A DNA stretch of 51,580 nt. It comes from Polyangiaceae bacterium (GTDB taxonomy: Bacteria; Myxococcota_A; Polyangia; Polyangiales; Polyangiaceae). Positions 37,499 to 47,303 of this stretch are shown here, piece by piece. A program made the position numbers and the translations under genes. Positions within the stretch are counted from its first letter, which is position 1. Each line of letters starts with the position of its first letter. The stretch spans positions 1-51,580 of the forward strand of contig JBGANF010000047.1 of NCBI GenBank assembly GCA_044222475.1, in the 5' to 3' direction. Below the pieces are notes generated by a model. The model saw only the letters and a program-made list of their open reading frames with translations, had not been told where the DNA came from and ran no database searches.

Positions 37499-38650
37499 AT
37501 GCGAAAACCCGCACTTCTTGGAGCTCTTGTTTTGTCCTCGTTCGTCGTTGCCTGCGGCAGCGACGGCACCAGCGCGACCGACGCCGGTTCGACCGGTCCG
37601 TTGGGGTTCACGCCGTCGAACGTGGATTTGTCTGGGTTCGACCTCTCGAAGGTCGGCGACGTCGTCATCAGCGGCGCCAACTGCGGCATCATGGATACCG
37701 AAGCGCTCTCGTGGAGCTGCGTCGACCAGACGAAGTACGTCGCGAAGACGCTGACGCTCGCCGACCAGAGCAAGCTCTCCGTCTTCGTGATGCGGTCGCT
37801 CCGCGTCGAGGCTTCGTCGCTGATCGACATCCAGGGCGGTCACGTTCCGGTCGCGATCGTCGCGCTCGACACGATGACGTTCCTCGGCTCGATCAAGGTG
37901 CGGCCGCGCTACGCCGGTGGTGCGTTCAACGCTCAGGCCGAGACGAAGGGCGCGGGGCCTGGCGGCGGTGGCGGCGGGTTCGGGACGACGAAGCAAGGCG
38001 GCGGCGGCGGCTCGTACTGCGGCATCGGTGGTCAGGGCGGCGTCGAAGACCAGAGCGGAGCGACGCCGTATCCGAAGTCGAGCGCGTACGGAACGCCCGA
38101 GCTCATCCCGTTGCTCGGTGGCTCCGCCGGCGGTCGCGGCGGGTTCGACCAGGGCGCGGGTGGCGGCGCGATCGAGCTCGTCGCCGGAAAGTCGCTGACG
38201 CTGCAAGCGGGTGGCTACATCTCGGCGCCGGGAAACTACGGCTGGCAGGGTGGGGGCGCATCGGGCCAAGAGGCGACCGGCGCGGGCTCGGGCGGCGCGA
38301 TCCTGATCGAGTCGCCGACGGTGAAGATCGCGGGCGTGCTCGCGACGAACGGAGGAGGCGGCGGAAGCGGCGCCGGCGGAGCTGCGGGTCCCGGCGAGGC
38401 GAGTGAGCCGGGTCACGACATGGACGCCCTGCCGGCGAAGGCGGGCGTCGGCGGCGGCAACGGCGGCGCCGGCGATTCGCCCGACGGCGCGAACGCGACG
38501 AGCGGCGGGTCGTTCACTGCGCCGGGCGGCGGCGGTGGCGTCGGGCGCATCCGCATCAACACGCAGTCGGGTCAGGCGGACCTCACGTCGTCGACGATCA
38601 CGCCGAGCGCGAAGACGAGCTGCTTCACCCAGGGCAAGCTGAAGCCGTAG
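37499..38650 (+). CDS. Glycine-rich surface lipoprotein
   Basis: Lipobox VVAC. GGSAGG..GG...GAGGGAIEL, GAGSGGAILIESP and GGGGGVGRIRI motifs. Paralog of 22384-23586. Confidence 0.85.
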   Translation: MRKPALLGALVLSSFVVACGSDGTSATDAGSTGPLGFTPSNVDLSGFDLSKVGDVVISGANCGIMDTEALSWSCVDQTKYVAKTLTLADQSKLSVFVMRSLRVEASSLIDIQGGHVPVAIVALDTMTFLGSIKVRPRYAGGAFNAQAETKGAGPGGGGGGFGTTKQGGGGGSYCGIGGQGGVEDQSGATPYPKSSAYGTPELIPLLGGSAGGRGGFDQGAGGGAIELVAGKSLTLQAGGYISAPGNYGWQGGGASGQEATGAGSGGAILIESPTVKIAGVLATNGGGGGSGAGGAAGPGEASEPGHDMDALPAKAGVGGGNGGAGDSPDGANATSGGSFTAPGGGGGVGRIRINTQSGQADLTSSTITPSAKTSCFTQGKLKP

Positions 38651-38726
38651 TGGCGCGGCGCCGGCACGAAGTGGCGCGCGCCACCCGAGCCAGCTCGACT
38701 TCGTCGGTGTTTCGGCTGCGCCGCGT

Positions 38727-38743
38727 TTGGCACCGGTTCTGCA
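38727..38743 (+). promoter_or_regulatory. Putative sigma54 promoter
   Basis: TTGGCACCGGTTCTGCA is close to the TGGCACG-N4-TTGC consensus. Confidence 0.7.
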
Positions 38744-38752
38744 ATGCGTTTG

Positions 38753-39175
38753 GTCAGCACCCGTGCCGCGCGAGTCTCGCGCGAGCGCGCGGCCTGGGTG
38801 CGACGATTTTTCAAAAGCCACACAAAGACTAAAGGCGCTTGCGTTGGGTTCCATCGTGGAGCCCATCAGGGACAGAGCGGAGTGCAAGCAAGGTGGACCG
38901 AGGTGGAAGAGGCGGCACGAACGCACCACGTGTGTTCGAAACGGGGTCGTGCGTCTCGCGGACCGAGCATCGTCTCGAGCCGACACTGAAGTCTGTGAAC
39001 CGCCGGTTGGGAGAACGCGGAGGGCGCGGGGCCTGGCCACCGAAATGACGGGGGCCGCGTTAAACATTTGCTCGCAACGAGCCAGGGCTTCTCTGTTCGT
39101 GACCCAAAAAACCGGAAGCGCCCGGTAGGGCGAGACGCACCGATCGCGATTTTTGCACCGGGCGCTTCTCGTTTT
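38753..39175 (+). ncRNA. Candidate structured noncoding RNA (~420 nt), family not recognised
   Basis: Starts at the predicted sigma54 +1. Five successive stem domains, an A-rich linker and a terminal 12-bp stem followed by GTTTT. No convincing ORF. Confidence 0.5.
39115..39175. terminator. Terminator-like stem, possibly bidirectional
   Basis: GAAGCGCCCGGT (39115-39126) pairs with ACCGGGCGCTTC (39157-39168). A6 upstream and T4 downstream. Confidence 0.6.
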
Positions 39176-39210
39176 CCGACTGCTTTCCATGGCCCGGCCG
39201 GCGGTTGGGA

Positions 39211-40416
39211 TTACCTTTTTGGTACTGAGGCTCCCGAGAGGTAGCGCACAGCATCACCCAAACCGTCCAGCGTCAGCGGGTACATCCGGAACACTTGAGA
39301 CAACGCCTCGGCGGTCCCGCCCTTCCAGTAGTTCGGCGGATCCGGGTTGAGCCACGCAGCTCGACGGAAGTGATCCGAGAGCTGCATCATCCACTCGATG
39401 CCTCGCCTCGAGTCACCGTCGCCCGTGCGCGACCAGTACTCCCAGTCCCCGGAGCCCAGGAGCTCGGCCGGGTGCATCGCCGCATCACCCACGAGCACCA
39501 GCTTCCACTCCGGACCGCACTGATCGAGGACGTCGCGCACGCGCAGCGGATCGGTGAACCGCTCGGTCTCGTAGAGCCGACCGTAGATGCAGTTGTGGAA
39601 GTAGTACGTCTTCAGCTCGCGCAGATTCGACGCACGCTTCGCCGCCGAGAACAGCTGCGACACCGTGTGAGCGTGCGGGTCCATCGAGCCGCCCACGTCC
39701 ATCAGCAACAGCACGCGCACGTTGGACTTCTTTGGCGGCCGCAGGACGATCTCCAGCTCGCCACCCTGCTTCGCCGTCTCGTCGATCGTCGCGTCGATGT
39801 CGAGCTCCATCTCGGCGCCTTCGCGGTGAAAGGCGCGAAGCTTGCGCAGCGCGACCTCGATCTGCCGCACGTCGAGCACGAGATCCGAGCGGTATGGCTT
39901 GTAGCGCCGCGCGTCGGCGACTGCCATCGCGCTGCGCCCGCCGCCCTGCGGACCCACGCGCACGCCCGCCGGGTTCGTCCCGTTCGCGCCGAAGGGGCTC
40001 GTCCCGCCGGTGCCGATCCAACGGTTGCCTCCGTCGTGACGCTCCTTCTGCTCCCGCATCCGCTCTTCGTAGAGGCGCCGGAGCTCCTCCATGTCGAGTG
40101 ACTGCAGAAGCGCCCGCTCTTCGTCGGTGAGCATCTTGCGGTCCTTCGGATCACGCAGCCACTCCTCGAGCTCGTCGAGGATCTTCACGCTCGCGAGCTC
40201 GATGCCCTTGAAGTGCGTCGAGAACGCCTGATCGAACGCGTCGAGATCACCCTCGCGGTGAACGCAGAGCGCCCGCGCCACGTGATAGAAGCCGTCGAGC
40301 GAGCTGTCGTGAAGGCCCTTCGCCAGCGCCTCGGCGAGGGCAACCGCCTCCTGCGCGCCGACCTTCACCTTGCGCGAGCGCAGCTCGTACAGGAACGGGA
40401 CGAACGCGGCGCTCAC
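39211..40416 (-). CDS. VWA-domain protein (CoxE-like)
   Basis: H.GGNRWIGTGGTSPFG, LLLMDVGGSM, YFHNCIY and VGDA.M.P.EL motifs. Confidence 0.9.
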   Translation of the reverse strand: MSAAFVPFLYELRSRKVKVGAQEAVALAEALAKGLHDSSLDGFYHVARALCVHREGDLDAFDQAFSTHFKGIELASVKILDELEEWLRDPKDRKMLTDEERALLQSLDMEELRRLYEERMREQKERHDGGNRWIGTGGTSPFGANGTNPAGVRVGPQGGGRSAMAVADARRYKPYRSDLVLDVRQIEVALRKLRAFHREGAEMELDIDATIDETAKQGGELEIVLRPPKKSNVRVLLLMDVGGSMDPHAHTVSQLFSAAKRASNLRELKTYYFHNCIYGRLYETERFTDPLRVRDVLDQCGPEWKLVLVGDAAMHPAELLGSGDWEYWSRTGDGDSRRGIEWMMQLSDHFRRAAWLNPDPPNYWKGGTAEALSQVFRMYPLTLDGLGDAVRYLSGASVPKR

Positions 40417-42026
40417 GGTCCGACGCCCTCTCCGCAGCGCCCGTCGCCGTTGGTCCGCGCGACGACGCGATGATCACCGAGCGCGACCGAGCTCGGTACC
40501 ACGATGGTACCGGAGAAGGCTCCCTTGTCGTCGGTCACCAGCGTGCCGACCCGCGTCTCGTGACCGGCGCCGTCGCGCAAGATGATGCCGACGGTGACCA
40601 TCGCGCAGCCGCTGCCTTCGGCCCGAACCGTGCCCGAGACCGGGATCGGCGCGCCGCGACGCGCTTCGCTCTGGCCGACCGACAGCGTCACCGCAGACGC
40701 CGGTCGCGCGTCGTCCGACTTGGTAGTCCCCGCGCCACTCGCTGCGCTCGTCGGCGCGCCCGAAGCCGTCGGGGCCGCGCTCGTCGCCGACGACGCCGAG
40801 CTGGACGCGCCGGGCGTCGGATTCGTGCCGGATCCGCCGCCGTTTCCGCCGGCGTTGGTCGGGCGACTCGTCGTGAGGTCCTCGCCGCGCGTCGCTCCCG
40901 CGGGCCACGCGAACGGATCCGGCGGCGGCGCGTACGGGACCGCCGACGGTTGCTGATCGGCCATCATTCGGCCGGCGCCGCCGAGATCGATCCGGTGCCA
41001 CATCTCGCCGTCGTGGACCTCGACCCAAGCGTGCGCCTCGTTGATGACCATCCGCGTCGGGATGCCCAACGCGAGCGCCGTCACGGTGAACGCGTACGCA
41101 CGGTGACGGCAGACGCCCTTCATCGACAGCGCGAGGTCGGTGTAGACGTCACGCGACGGCGTGAGCGGCGTGTCCGAGTCGACGAAGCTGCGGAAGTGGC
41201 TCACCATCTTCCGCACGTTGTCTCGCGGTGACAGCTCGCGCCCGAGACCGATCTTCGCGATGACGTCACGCGCGGCGATCGCGACCGCGTCCGGAACGGG
41301 AGGCAGCGGCGTGAGCTCGCTCCACGGGTGATCGGCGAGCTCGCCGCCGAGCGCAGCGCGCGGGACCGAGACCTCCATCACGAGGCGCGCGTCGGTGTTC
41401 TGCGGCGTCGTGATGAACCACTCGTCGGCGCCGTCGACGAAGAGGCTGTAGCTGAGCTCGTGCGCGCCGGACGCGAGCTGCGCGTGCAGCACGCGAGCCC
41501 CCGGGCCCACCGTCGGGATGAGCGTGCGCCGCCCCGACTTGAGCGACAGCGGGATGTCGGCGAAGAACCGGTCCTCCGATGCCAGCGGCGCGCCGCCGAC
41601 GGCGAGGGTCCGCGTCTCCTTGTGAGCGCCGTAGAGCTCGAAGCGATCGTTCACGGCGTCGAACGCGGCGAGCCGCTTGAACGGCGTCGTCGAAGGCGTG
41701 AACGGATCGGTGTAGGGCAGCGTGTTCGGACGCCGGGTGTCTCGATCCGGGACGTACGTGTCGTTGTCGAGCTGCTGCTCGAAGTCCTTCTGGGCCGCGA
41801 TGTCGGACGCGGTCGGCGGACGGTTGGGATCAGGAGCGGGCACGACGCCGCTGCGCGTCTCGAGCGCGGCCGGGAGGCCCCCCGCGATCGTGACGCCCAT
41901 CGCGAGGTCGTCATGGACGTCGGTCGGGATCTGCTCGTGGAGGGTCGGCGCGGCGTTTCCCGAAGCCGGCCGCGAGCCGGCGACCGCGAACGCGATGGGG
42001 ATGAGGAGGAGCACGTGACGCCGCAT
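40413..42026 (-). CDS. Secreted transglutaminase-like domain protein
   Basis: AAGGAG RBS and signal peptide. GVCRHRA...HAWVEV...ID gives a Cys-His-Asp triad. C-terminal Ig-like domain follows a Ser/Ala linker. Confidence 0.85.
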   Translation of the reverse strand: MRRHVLLLIPIAFAVAGSRPASGNAAPTLHEQIPTDVHDDLAMGVTIAGGLPAALETRSGVVPAPDPNRPPTASDIAAQKDFEQQLDNDTYVPDRDTRRPNTLPYTDPFTPSTTPFKRLAAFDAVNDRFELYGAHKETRTLAVGGAPLASEDRFFADIPLSLKSGRRTLIPTVGPGARVLHAQLASGAHELSYSLFVDGADEWFITTPQNTDARLVMEVSVPRAALGGELADHPWSELTPLPPVPDAVAIAARDVIAKIGLGRELSPRDNVRKMVSHFRSFVDSDTPLTPSRDVYTDLALSMKGVCRHRAYAFTVTALALGIPTRMVINEAHAWVEVHDGEMWHRIDLGGAGRMMADQQPSAVPYAPPPDPFAWPAGATRGEDLTTSRPTNAGGNGGGSGTNPTPGASSSASSATSAAPTASGAPTSAASGAGTTKSDDARPASAVTLSVGQSEARRGAPIPVSGTVRAEGSGCAMVTVGIILRDGAGHETRVGTLVTDDKGAFSGTIVVPSSVALGDHRVVARTNGDGRCGEGVGP

Positions 42027-42106
42027 CAGTCTCCTTAGACGTAGCACGCGAACCCAGGATTTGGACCCGACCCAAGATTGCGGGCCGGTTGGTGTACTCT
42101 TCCGCG

Positions 42107-42751
42107 GTGAGCGAATCCCAACGCGATCGAATCCTCGCCCGGCGCGCCCGCTTCGTCGCCCTGGCTCTCTCGGCCTCGGGCGTGAGCGCGTGCCACCAGG
42201 GCGACGGCGTCGCCGAACGGCACGACACGGTATATCTGCCGCCGGCCGAGATGGACGCCTCCGCGACGGCGACCGTCGACGCCGGCGCCGAAGAGACCGG
42301 CGGAGTGGCGGTGGTCGAGGCTGGACCGCCCGCCGACGCCGGGATCTCGCCCGCCACCCAGGAGCGCTACGCGCGATTCGCCGCCAACGCCGCGTCCGTC
42401 GCCCAGTCCATCGACGCGCTCGACGCGAAGGTCACGAAGATGAGCAACTACGGCCCGGCCAACGCGACGGCGTGGCGCGATGTCGTCGGCGAGATCCAGG
42501 ATCGGTATTCGTCGATCGGGTACTTCAGCATCTACTGCCCGAAGCCGCGACCCGAGACCGACGCGTTCCTCGCCCACGTTCAAGACGAAGCGCAGAAGCT
42601 CCGAGCCCGCGTCGACGCTTTGAAGAAGAAGGCCGAAGGGAAGCTGGCCGACAAGACGACCAAGGGCGACGCCCGTTACGACCAGCTCATCGACCAGTAC
42701 AACAACGCGAACCCGAGGCCCTGCCTCAGCATCGCCTGCGACTCGTGGTGA
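42107..42751 (+). CDS. Hypothetical lipoprotein
   Basis: RILARRARFVALAL...SAC leader, helical body and a P.PCLS C-terminus. Confidence 0.65.
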   Translation: MSESQRDRILARRARFVALALSASGVSACHQGDGVAERHDTVYLPPAEMDASATATVDAGAEETGGVAVVEAGPPADAGISPATQERYARFAANAASVAQSIDALDAKVTKMSNYGPANATAWRDVVGEIQDRYSSIGYFSIYCPKPRPETDAFLAHVQDEAQKLRARVDALKKKAEGKLADKTTKGDARYDQLIDQYNNANPRPCLSIACDSW

Positions 42752-43984
42752 TCAGTACCCAGGCGGCAGCACGACGTCGTTGAGCGGCACGTCGTCGTAG
42801 CATCCGGTCGTCGAGCCCTCCTCGGGGCAGTGCTTCACCGGGCCGTCGAGGTACTTCATGTAGAGGTCGTGGAAGCCGGGCATCGCCGACGTGTCCCAGC
42901 GATCGGGCCGGTACGCACCCCACGAGTTCTTGATGCGGATGAACTTGATCTTCGCGGCGGGCGAGAGCGACGCCTTGAGCTGATCCTGCGTCGCCGGAGT
43001 GCCGGCCTTCAGCGTGCCGAAGCCCGGAACGCCGTCGATCTCGTAGTCTTCCATGACCGTCATGTGACCGCCCTGGTGGCCCGGCGTGGTCGGCGGCGCC
43101 TCGAACGTGCCCTGGCGGCTCATCGCGTTGAAGTCGACGAACCACGAGACGACGACCGGCTGCGCGTCGTTCAGCGCCTTCTGGAAGCGGATCTGGAAGT
43201 CGCGGCGCGAGGTGGCGCCCCACGTCGGGTACGAGACCGACCTCCACTCGTCCACCGCGACGCGGAGGGTGGTCGTCTTCGAAGCGCCGGTGCTGCCGTT
43301 CTTGTACTTCGCCTTGAAGTACGTCGGGCGTACCACTTTGGTACCGCTGGTGTACGTGCGGCTGGAGCGCAGGTTCTTCGAGACGTCCTTGCCGAACACG
43401 CGGTCGAGCTGAGCGGTGACCTCGGGCTTGAGGCCCCAGGCCTTGTCGAGCTCGCTGCGGACCAGCGCGCGGTCACGGCGCGCCGCCGGGTCCTTGAGCG
43501 CCCCGGTGGTGACCGACGCGTTCATCGCCGCGAGCGCCGACTTCTGCCGCGCCGACATCTCGGCGTCGCCCTCGTCGGGGATGAAATCCGCTTCGGCCAT
43601 GAGGCCGTAGTTCTTGATGATCTCCGACGCGACCTCGAAGCTGCCGCCCGTCTCGATCTCCTTCGAGACGTAGCCGCGAGTCAGCTCGTCGAACCAGTGC
43701 CAGTAGGTCCAGTAGGACTCGGAGACGTTGAACGCCGTTCCCGTCGCCGACATGTTGACCGACTCGGTCCAGCTCGCCGTGGCGTAGAGCCAGCAGTTGC
43801 CGATCGACTGGCGCTTCACCGGCGAGTTCTTCACGTCGGTGATGGCTTGGTCGGTGTTGTCGGCCGAGAGGTCGTCGTCGCCTTCGCCGTCTTGGGCGCT
43901 GATGCTGCAGCCCACGCTGCAGGCGACCGAGAGGCCGAGGAGGGTACCGAACGAGAGCCAACGAGCGTTCCGGAGGAGGTTCAT
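42752..43984 (-). CDS. Secreted papain-like (C1) cysteine peptidase
   Basis: QSIGNCW, GGHM and IKNSWG catalytic motifs. Lipoprotein-like leader. Confidence 0.85.
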   Translation of the reverse strand: MNLLRNARWLSFGTLLGLSVACSVGCSISAQDGEGDDDLSADNTDQAITDVKNSPVKRQSIGNCWLYATASWTESVNMSATGTAFNVSESYWTYWHWFDELTRGYVSKEIETGGSFEVASEIIKNYGLMAEADFIPDEGDAEMSARQKSALAAMNASVTTGALKDPAARRDRALVRSELDKAWGLKPEVTAQLDRVFGKDVSKNLRSSRTYTSGTKVVRPTYFKAKYKNGSTGASKTTTLRVAVDEWRSVSYPTWGATSRRDFQIRFQKALNDAQPVVVSWFVDFNAMSRQGTFEAPPTTPGHQGGHMTVMEDYEIDGVPGFGTLKAGTPATQDQLKASLSPAAKIKFIRIKNSWGAYRPDRWDTSAMPGFHDLYMKYLDGPVKHCPEEGSTTGCYDDVPLNDVVLPPGY

Positions 43985-43995
43985 GCCGGGACACC

Positions 43996-44013
43996 TTGCG
44001 ATAGGTGTGCCAA
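43996..44013 (-). promoter_or_regulatory. Putative sigma54 promoter of the C1 peptidase
   Basis: Minus strand reads TTGGCACACCTATCGCAA (GG-N10-GC). Confidence 0.6.
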
Positions 44014-44164
44014 AGCGCCCCACCTCCACACATGTAGGTAAATCTCGGGAAAATGCCCCTTGGCCTTGATTTCACTTGGGTCCATGGGGGTCACCCTGGT
44101 GGTACTCCGATCCACCCACATGTAGGAGATCGCTCGCCCGGCAGGGGCGGGATAGGCTCGGGGG

Positions 44165-45034
44165 GTGAACCCGACGGCGAGAGTGATGCGTGAGGCCTAC
44201 CGCCGCGAGCTCCTGCCCGCGCGCCTCCGCTGGTACCTCGCGGCCGACGGCATGGCCGACTGGTACCGGTCGGTGGCGCGCGGCCTCGGACCCGCGCTCG
44301 GCGACGACGCGAAGCCGACGCTGAGCGCGCTCGGATCGCAGATGCTCGCGCGGCGCTGGCTCGTCCTGCGGGAGCGCCATCCTCACCTGGCGACGGCGAG
44401 CGAGCGCGACGGCGCGCTCGTGATGAGCGGGCTCTATCGCGTTCGCGCGGCCGACAAGACGCGCTGGATCTTCGACACCGTCGGCGGACCGCCGCGCGGC
44501 GTGCGCGAGACGCTTCGTCAGCGCCGGCTGCTCTTCCCCATCGGCGCGGAGGCGCGCTGGCGCGAGGTCACGGCGCACCTCGGCGAGCTCCTGATCGTGC
44601 TCACCGAGGAGCTTCCCAAAAAGGTACCGCACGCGAGGAAGCTCCTCGGTGACGTTTGCTTCGCGATGGGCGAGCGGTTCGCGGCACACGTGAAGAAGAC
44701 GTTCGACATGGGGTCGCCGCCCGACGCACCCGCCGCCGCCATCGAGGTGCTGCGGATGAGCGAGTACGTCTTTCGCGTCAACCCGGAGCATTGGCACGGC
44801 AGCGACGCGGCGCAGAACACCGGCTTCCTCGAAGGCAACGCGTGCCCTTGGTACGACCGCCCTGGCTGGAACGGCGGCCACTGCGGGATCTTCGGCCAGT
44901 TCCAGTCCGGCATCAGCTCCGCGTTCGGCCTGCGGTATCACTTGGCCCAGACGATCCCCAAGCACGGTGGGACGACGTGTCGCGTCGATTTGAAGCCGAT
45001 TTCCATCTCGAAGAAGCCAGTGACAGTCGTGTGA
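44165..45034 (+). CDS. Hypothetical protein with V4R/ATC-hydrolase-like Cys motif domain
   Basis: C-terminal CPW...HC..F...TIP..G..C. Confidence 0.65.
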   Translation: MNPTARVMREAYRRELLPARLRWYLAADGMADWYRSVARGLGPALGDDAKPTLSALGSQMLARRWLVLRERHPHLATASERDGALVMSGLYRVRAADKTRWIFDTVGGPPRGVRETLRQRRLLFPIGAEARWREVTAHLGELLIVLTEELPKKVPHARKLLGDVCFAMGERFAAHVKKTFDMGSPPDAPAAAIEVLRMSEYVFRVNPEHWHGSDAAQNTGFLEGNACPWYDRPGWNGGHCGIFGQFQSGISSAFGLRYHLAQTIPKHGGTTCRVDLKPISISKKPVTVV

Positions 45035-45075
45035 CATGGCCTTGATCTCGGGCCGCGCATAGCAAGGTTGAATGC

Positions 45076-45480
45076 ATGATCGCACGCATCGTTCGCTGGT
45101 TCCGGAAGCGCAGTGATCTCCGTGCCTACCGCCACCGGCTTCGCCCGGCGCTCGTCGCGCGCTACGGGCGCGCCCCGAGCTACACGCCGGCGCAGGTACG
45201 AACCACCGCGGAGCAGCTGGGCCTCTCGACGGACCTCATCTGCTACGCGTACGCGATGTTTTGCGACCGCGAGTCGTTCGACGAGTTTCACGCAGCGCGC
45301 GGCGAGGCGTGCGACTACGACGCGATGCGCGACGACGTGCGCGACTTCGGCAGCGACTTCGTGTGGAGCGACGCGCTCACGATCGAAGCGACGCACGGGC
45401 ACGAGCACTCGAGTGGGCATCACGACCACTCGAACGGGCATCACGACCACGGGTACGTGGACCCCGGCCATCATCACTAG
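45076..45480 (+). CDS. DUF6559-like small protein with His-rich tail
   Basis: Y..RL.P.L..RYG....YTP.QV...YAYAMF motif. C-terminal repeated GHHDH. Confidence 0.65.
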   Translation: MIARIVRWFRKRSDLRAYRHRLRPALVARYGRAPSYTPAQVRTTAEQLGLSTDLICYAYAMFCDRESFDEFHAARGEACDYDAMRDDVRDFGSDFVWSDALTIEATHGHEHSSGHHDHSNGHHDHGYVDPGHHH

Positions 45481-45530
45481 CGCATCCTTTGCACCTGACA
45501 CTCACGACGTTTCGGAATACGCATGTCTTC

Positions 45531-47285
45531 ATGCAGTCCGGCGGTGAGCTCATCGGCGAGATCTTCTCGCGTCATCGGATCCCGTTTCTGTTCACTCTAT
45601 GCGGCGGGCACATCTCGCCGATCCTCGTCGGCGCGAAGGCGCGCGGCGTGAAGGTCATCGACGTGCGCGACGAGGCGTCGGCGGTGTTCGCAGCCGACGC
45701 GGTCGCGCGCATGACCGGCATCCCGGGCGTCGCCGCGGTGACCGCCGGCCCCGGCGTGACGAACGCGATCACGGCGGTGAAGAACGCCCAGATGGCCGAG
45801 TCTCCGGTGCTCCTCCTCGGCGGAGCGACGGCGACGATCCTCAAAGGACGAGGCTCGCTCCAGGACATCGACCAGATGTCGATCATGGATCCCATCACCA
45901 AGTGGGCCGTGTCGGTCTCGCAGATCACCGCGCTGGGCCCGACGATCGAAGAGGCGCTCGCCCGCGCGAAGCACGGCACGCCGGGGCCGGTCTTCGTCGA
46001 GATCCCGGTCGACCTCTTGTACCCGGAGGAGATGGTGCGCTCGATGCTCCTCAAGGAGGCCGGCGTCGAGAAGCCGAAGGGCCTCGGTGGGAAGGCCCTC
46101 CGCGCCTACCTCGACGTGCACCTCTACAAGCAGTTCCGCGCGCCAGCGATGCCGCGCGCGCCCTCGGTCGAGTCCATCGCCGATCTCGTCCCGCAACGGG
46201 ACGTCGCGAAGCGTATCGCTTCGGTCGCCAAGATGGTCGCCGCCGCCGAGCGGCCGGTGCTCGTGATCGGCAGTCAGGCCGTGGTCCTCACGCCCGACGC
46301 CGAGCCGCTCGCCGGCGCCGTACGCGCGATCGGAATCCCGACGTACCTCGGTGGGATGGCGCGCGGCCTGCTCGGACGGCGCGACGAGATCCAGCTGCGC
46401 CACGCGCGCGGCAAGGCACTCAAGGAGTCGGATCTCGTCGTCGTCGCCGGGTTCCCGTTCGACTTCCGACTCGCCTACGGGCGCGGGTTCGGCAAGGCCA
46501 AGGTCGTCGCCGCGAACCTCGACGGCGACGCGCTCACCAAGAACCGTCGTCCCAATGTGGGACTGAAGATGCACCCCGGCGATTTCCTGAGAAGCCTCGC
46601 CGAGGAGATGCGCGGCCGCGGCGCGCCCGCCACCCGCGCGGCCTGGTGGGAGAAGCTCCGCGGGCGCGAAGCCGCGCGCGACGCCGAGATCGCCGCCCAG
46701 GCGGCCGCAGCCAAGGGACATCTCGTCGATCCGATCGCGTTCTTCCTGCGGCTCGAGGACAAGATGGACGACGACGCGACGCTCGTCGTCGACGGCGGCG
46801 ACTTCGTCGCGACCGCGGCGTACACGCTCCGGCCGCGCGCGCCGCTGTCGTGGCTCGATCCCGGCGTCTTCGGCACGCTCGGCGTCGGCGGCGGTTTCGC
46901 GGTGGGCGCGGCCGCGCTGCGCAAGGGCCGAGAGACGTGGCTCATCTACGGCGACGGTTCGAGCGCGTACTCGCTCGCCGAGTTCGACACCTACGTGCGC
47001 CACGGCCTCGCGCCGATCGCCGTCATCGGCACCGACGGCGCGTGGGCGCAGATCGCGCGCGAGCAGGTCGAGATGCTCGGTGACGACGTCGGCACGGTGC
47101 TGCGCCGCTGCGACTACGAGAAGGTCGCCGAGGGATACGGAGGCGTGGGCCTCCGCCTCGACGATCCGAAGAAGATCGACTCGGTGCTCGACCACGCGAA
47201 GGCGATCGCCCACGAAGGACGGCCGGTGTGCATCAACGTCCAGCTCGGCCAAAGCGACTTCCGCAAGGGCTCGATCTCGATGTGA
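45531..47285 (+). CDS. ThDP-dependent enzyme, ILVBL/2-hydroxyacyl-CoA lyase-like
   Basis: [46 protein letters not shown] and GDGS motifs. Confidence 0.9.
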   Translation: MQSGGELIGEIFSRHRIPFLFTLCGGHISPILVGAKARGVKVIDVRDEASAVFAADAVARMTGIPGVAAVTAGPGVTNAITAVKNAQMAESPVLLLGGATATILKGRGSLQDIDQMSIMDPITKWAVSVSQITALGPTIEEALARAKHGTPGPVFVEIPVDLLYPEEMVRSMLLKEAGVEKPKGLGGKALRAYLDVHLYKQFRAPAMPRAPSVESIADLVPQRDVAKRIASVAKMVAAAERPVLVIGSQAVVLTPDAEPLAGAVRAIGIPTYLGGMARGLLGRRDEIQLRHARGKALKESDLVVVAGFPFDFRLAYGRGFGKAKVVAANLDGDALTKNRRPNVGLKMHPGDFLRSLAEEMRGRGAPATRAAWWEKLRGREAARDAEIAAQAAAAKGHLVDPIAFFLRLEDKMDDDATLVVDGGDFVATAAYTLRPRAPLSWLDPGVFGTLGVGGGFAVGAAALRKGRETWLIYGDGSSAYSLAEFDTYVRHGLAPIAVIGTDGAWAQIAREQVEMLGDDVGTVLRRCDYEKVAEGYGGVGLRLDDPKKIDSVLDHAKAIAHEGRPVCINVQLGQSDFRKGSISM

Positions 47286-47303
47286 CGAGCGTATCCTGAC
47301 GTC

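Noticed and set aside
38753..39175. RNase P, tmRNA, SRP or 6S identity, or the 133-aa ORF 38727-39128
   Set aside because: No GAGGAAAGUCC, tRNA-like ends or SRP loop on either strand, and it is too long and multi-domain for 6S. The ORF starts inside the promoter motif and lacks host codon bias.
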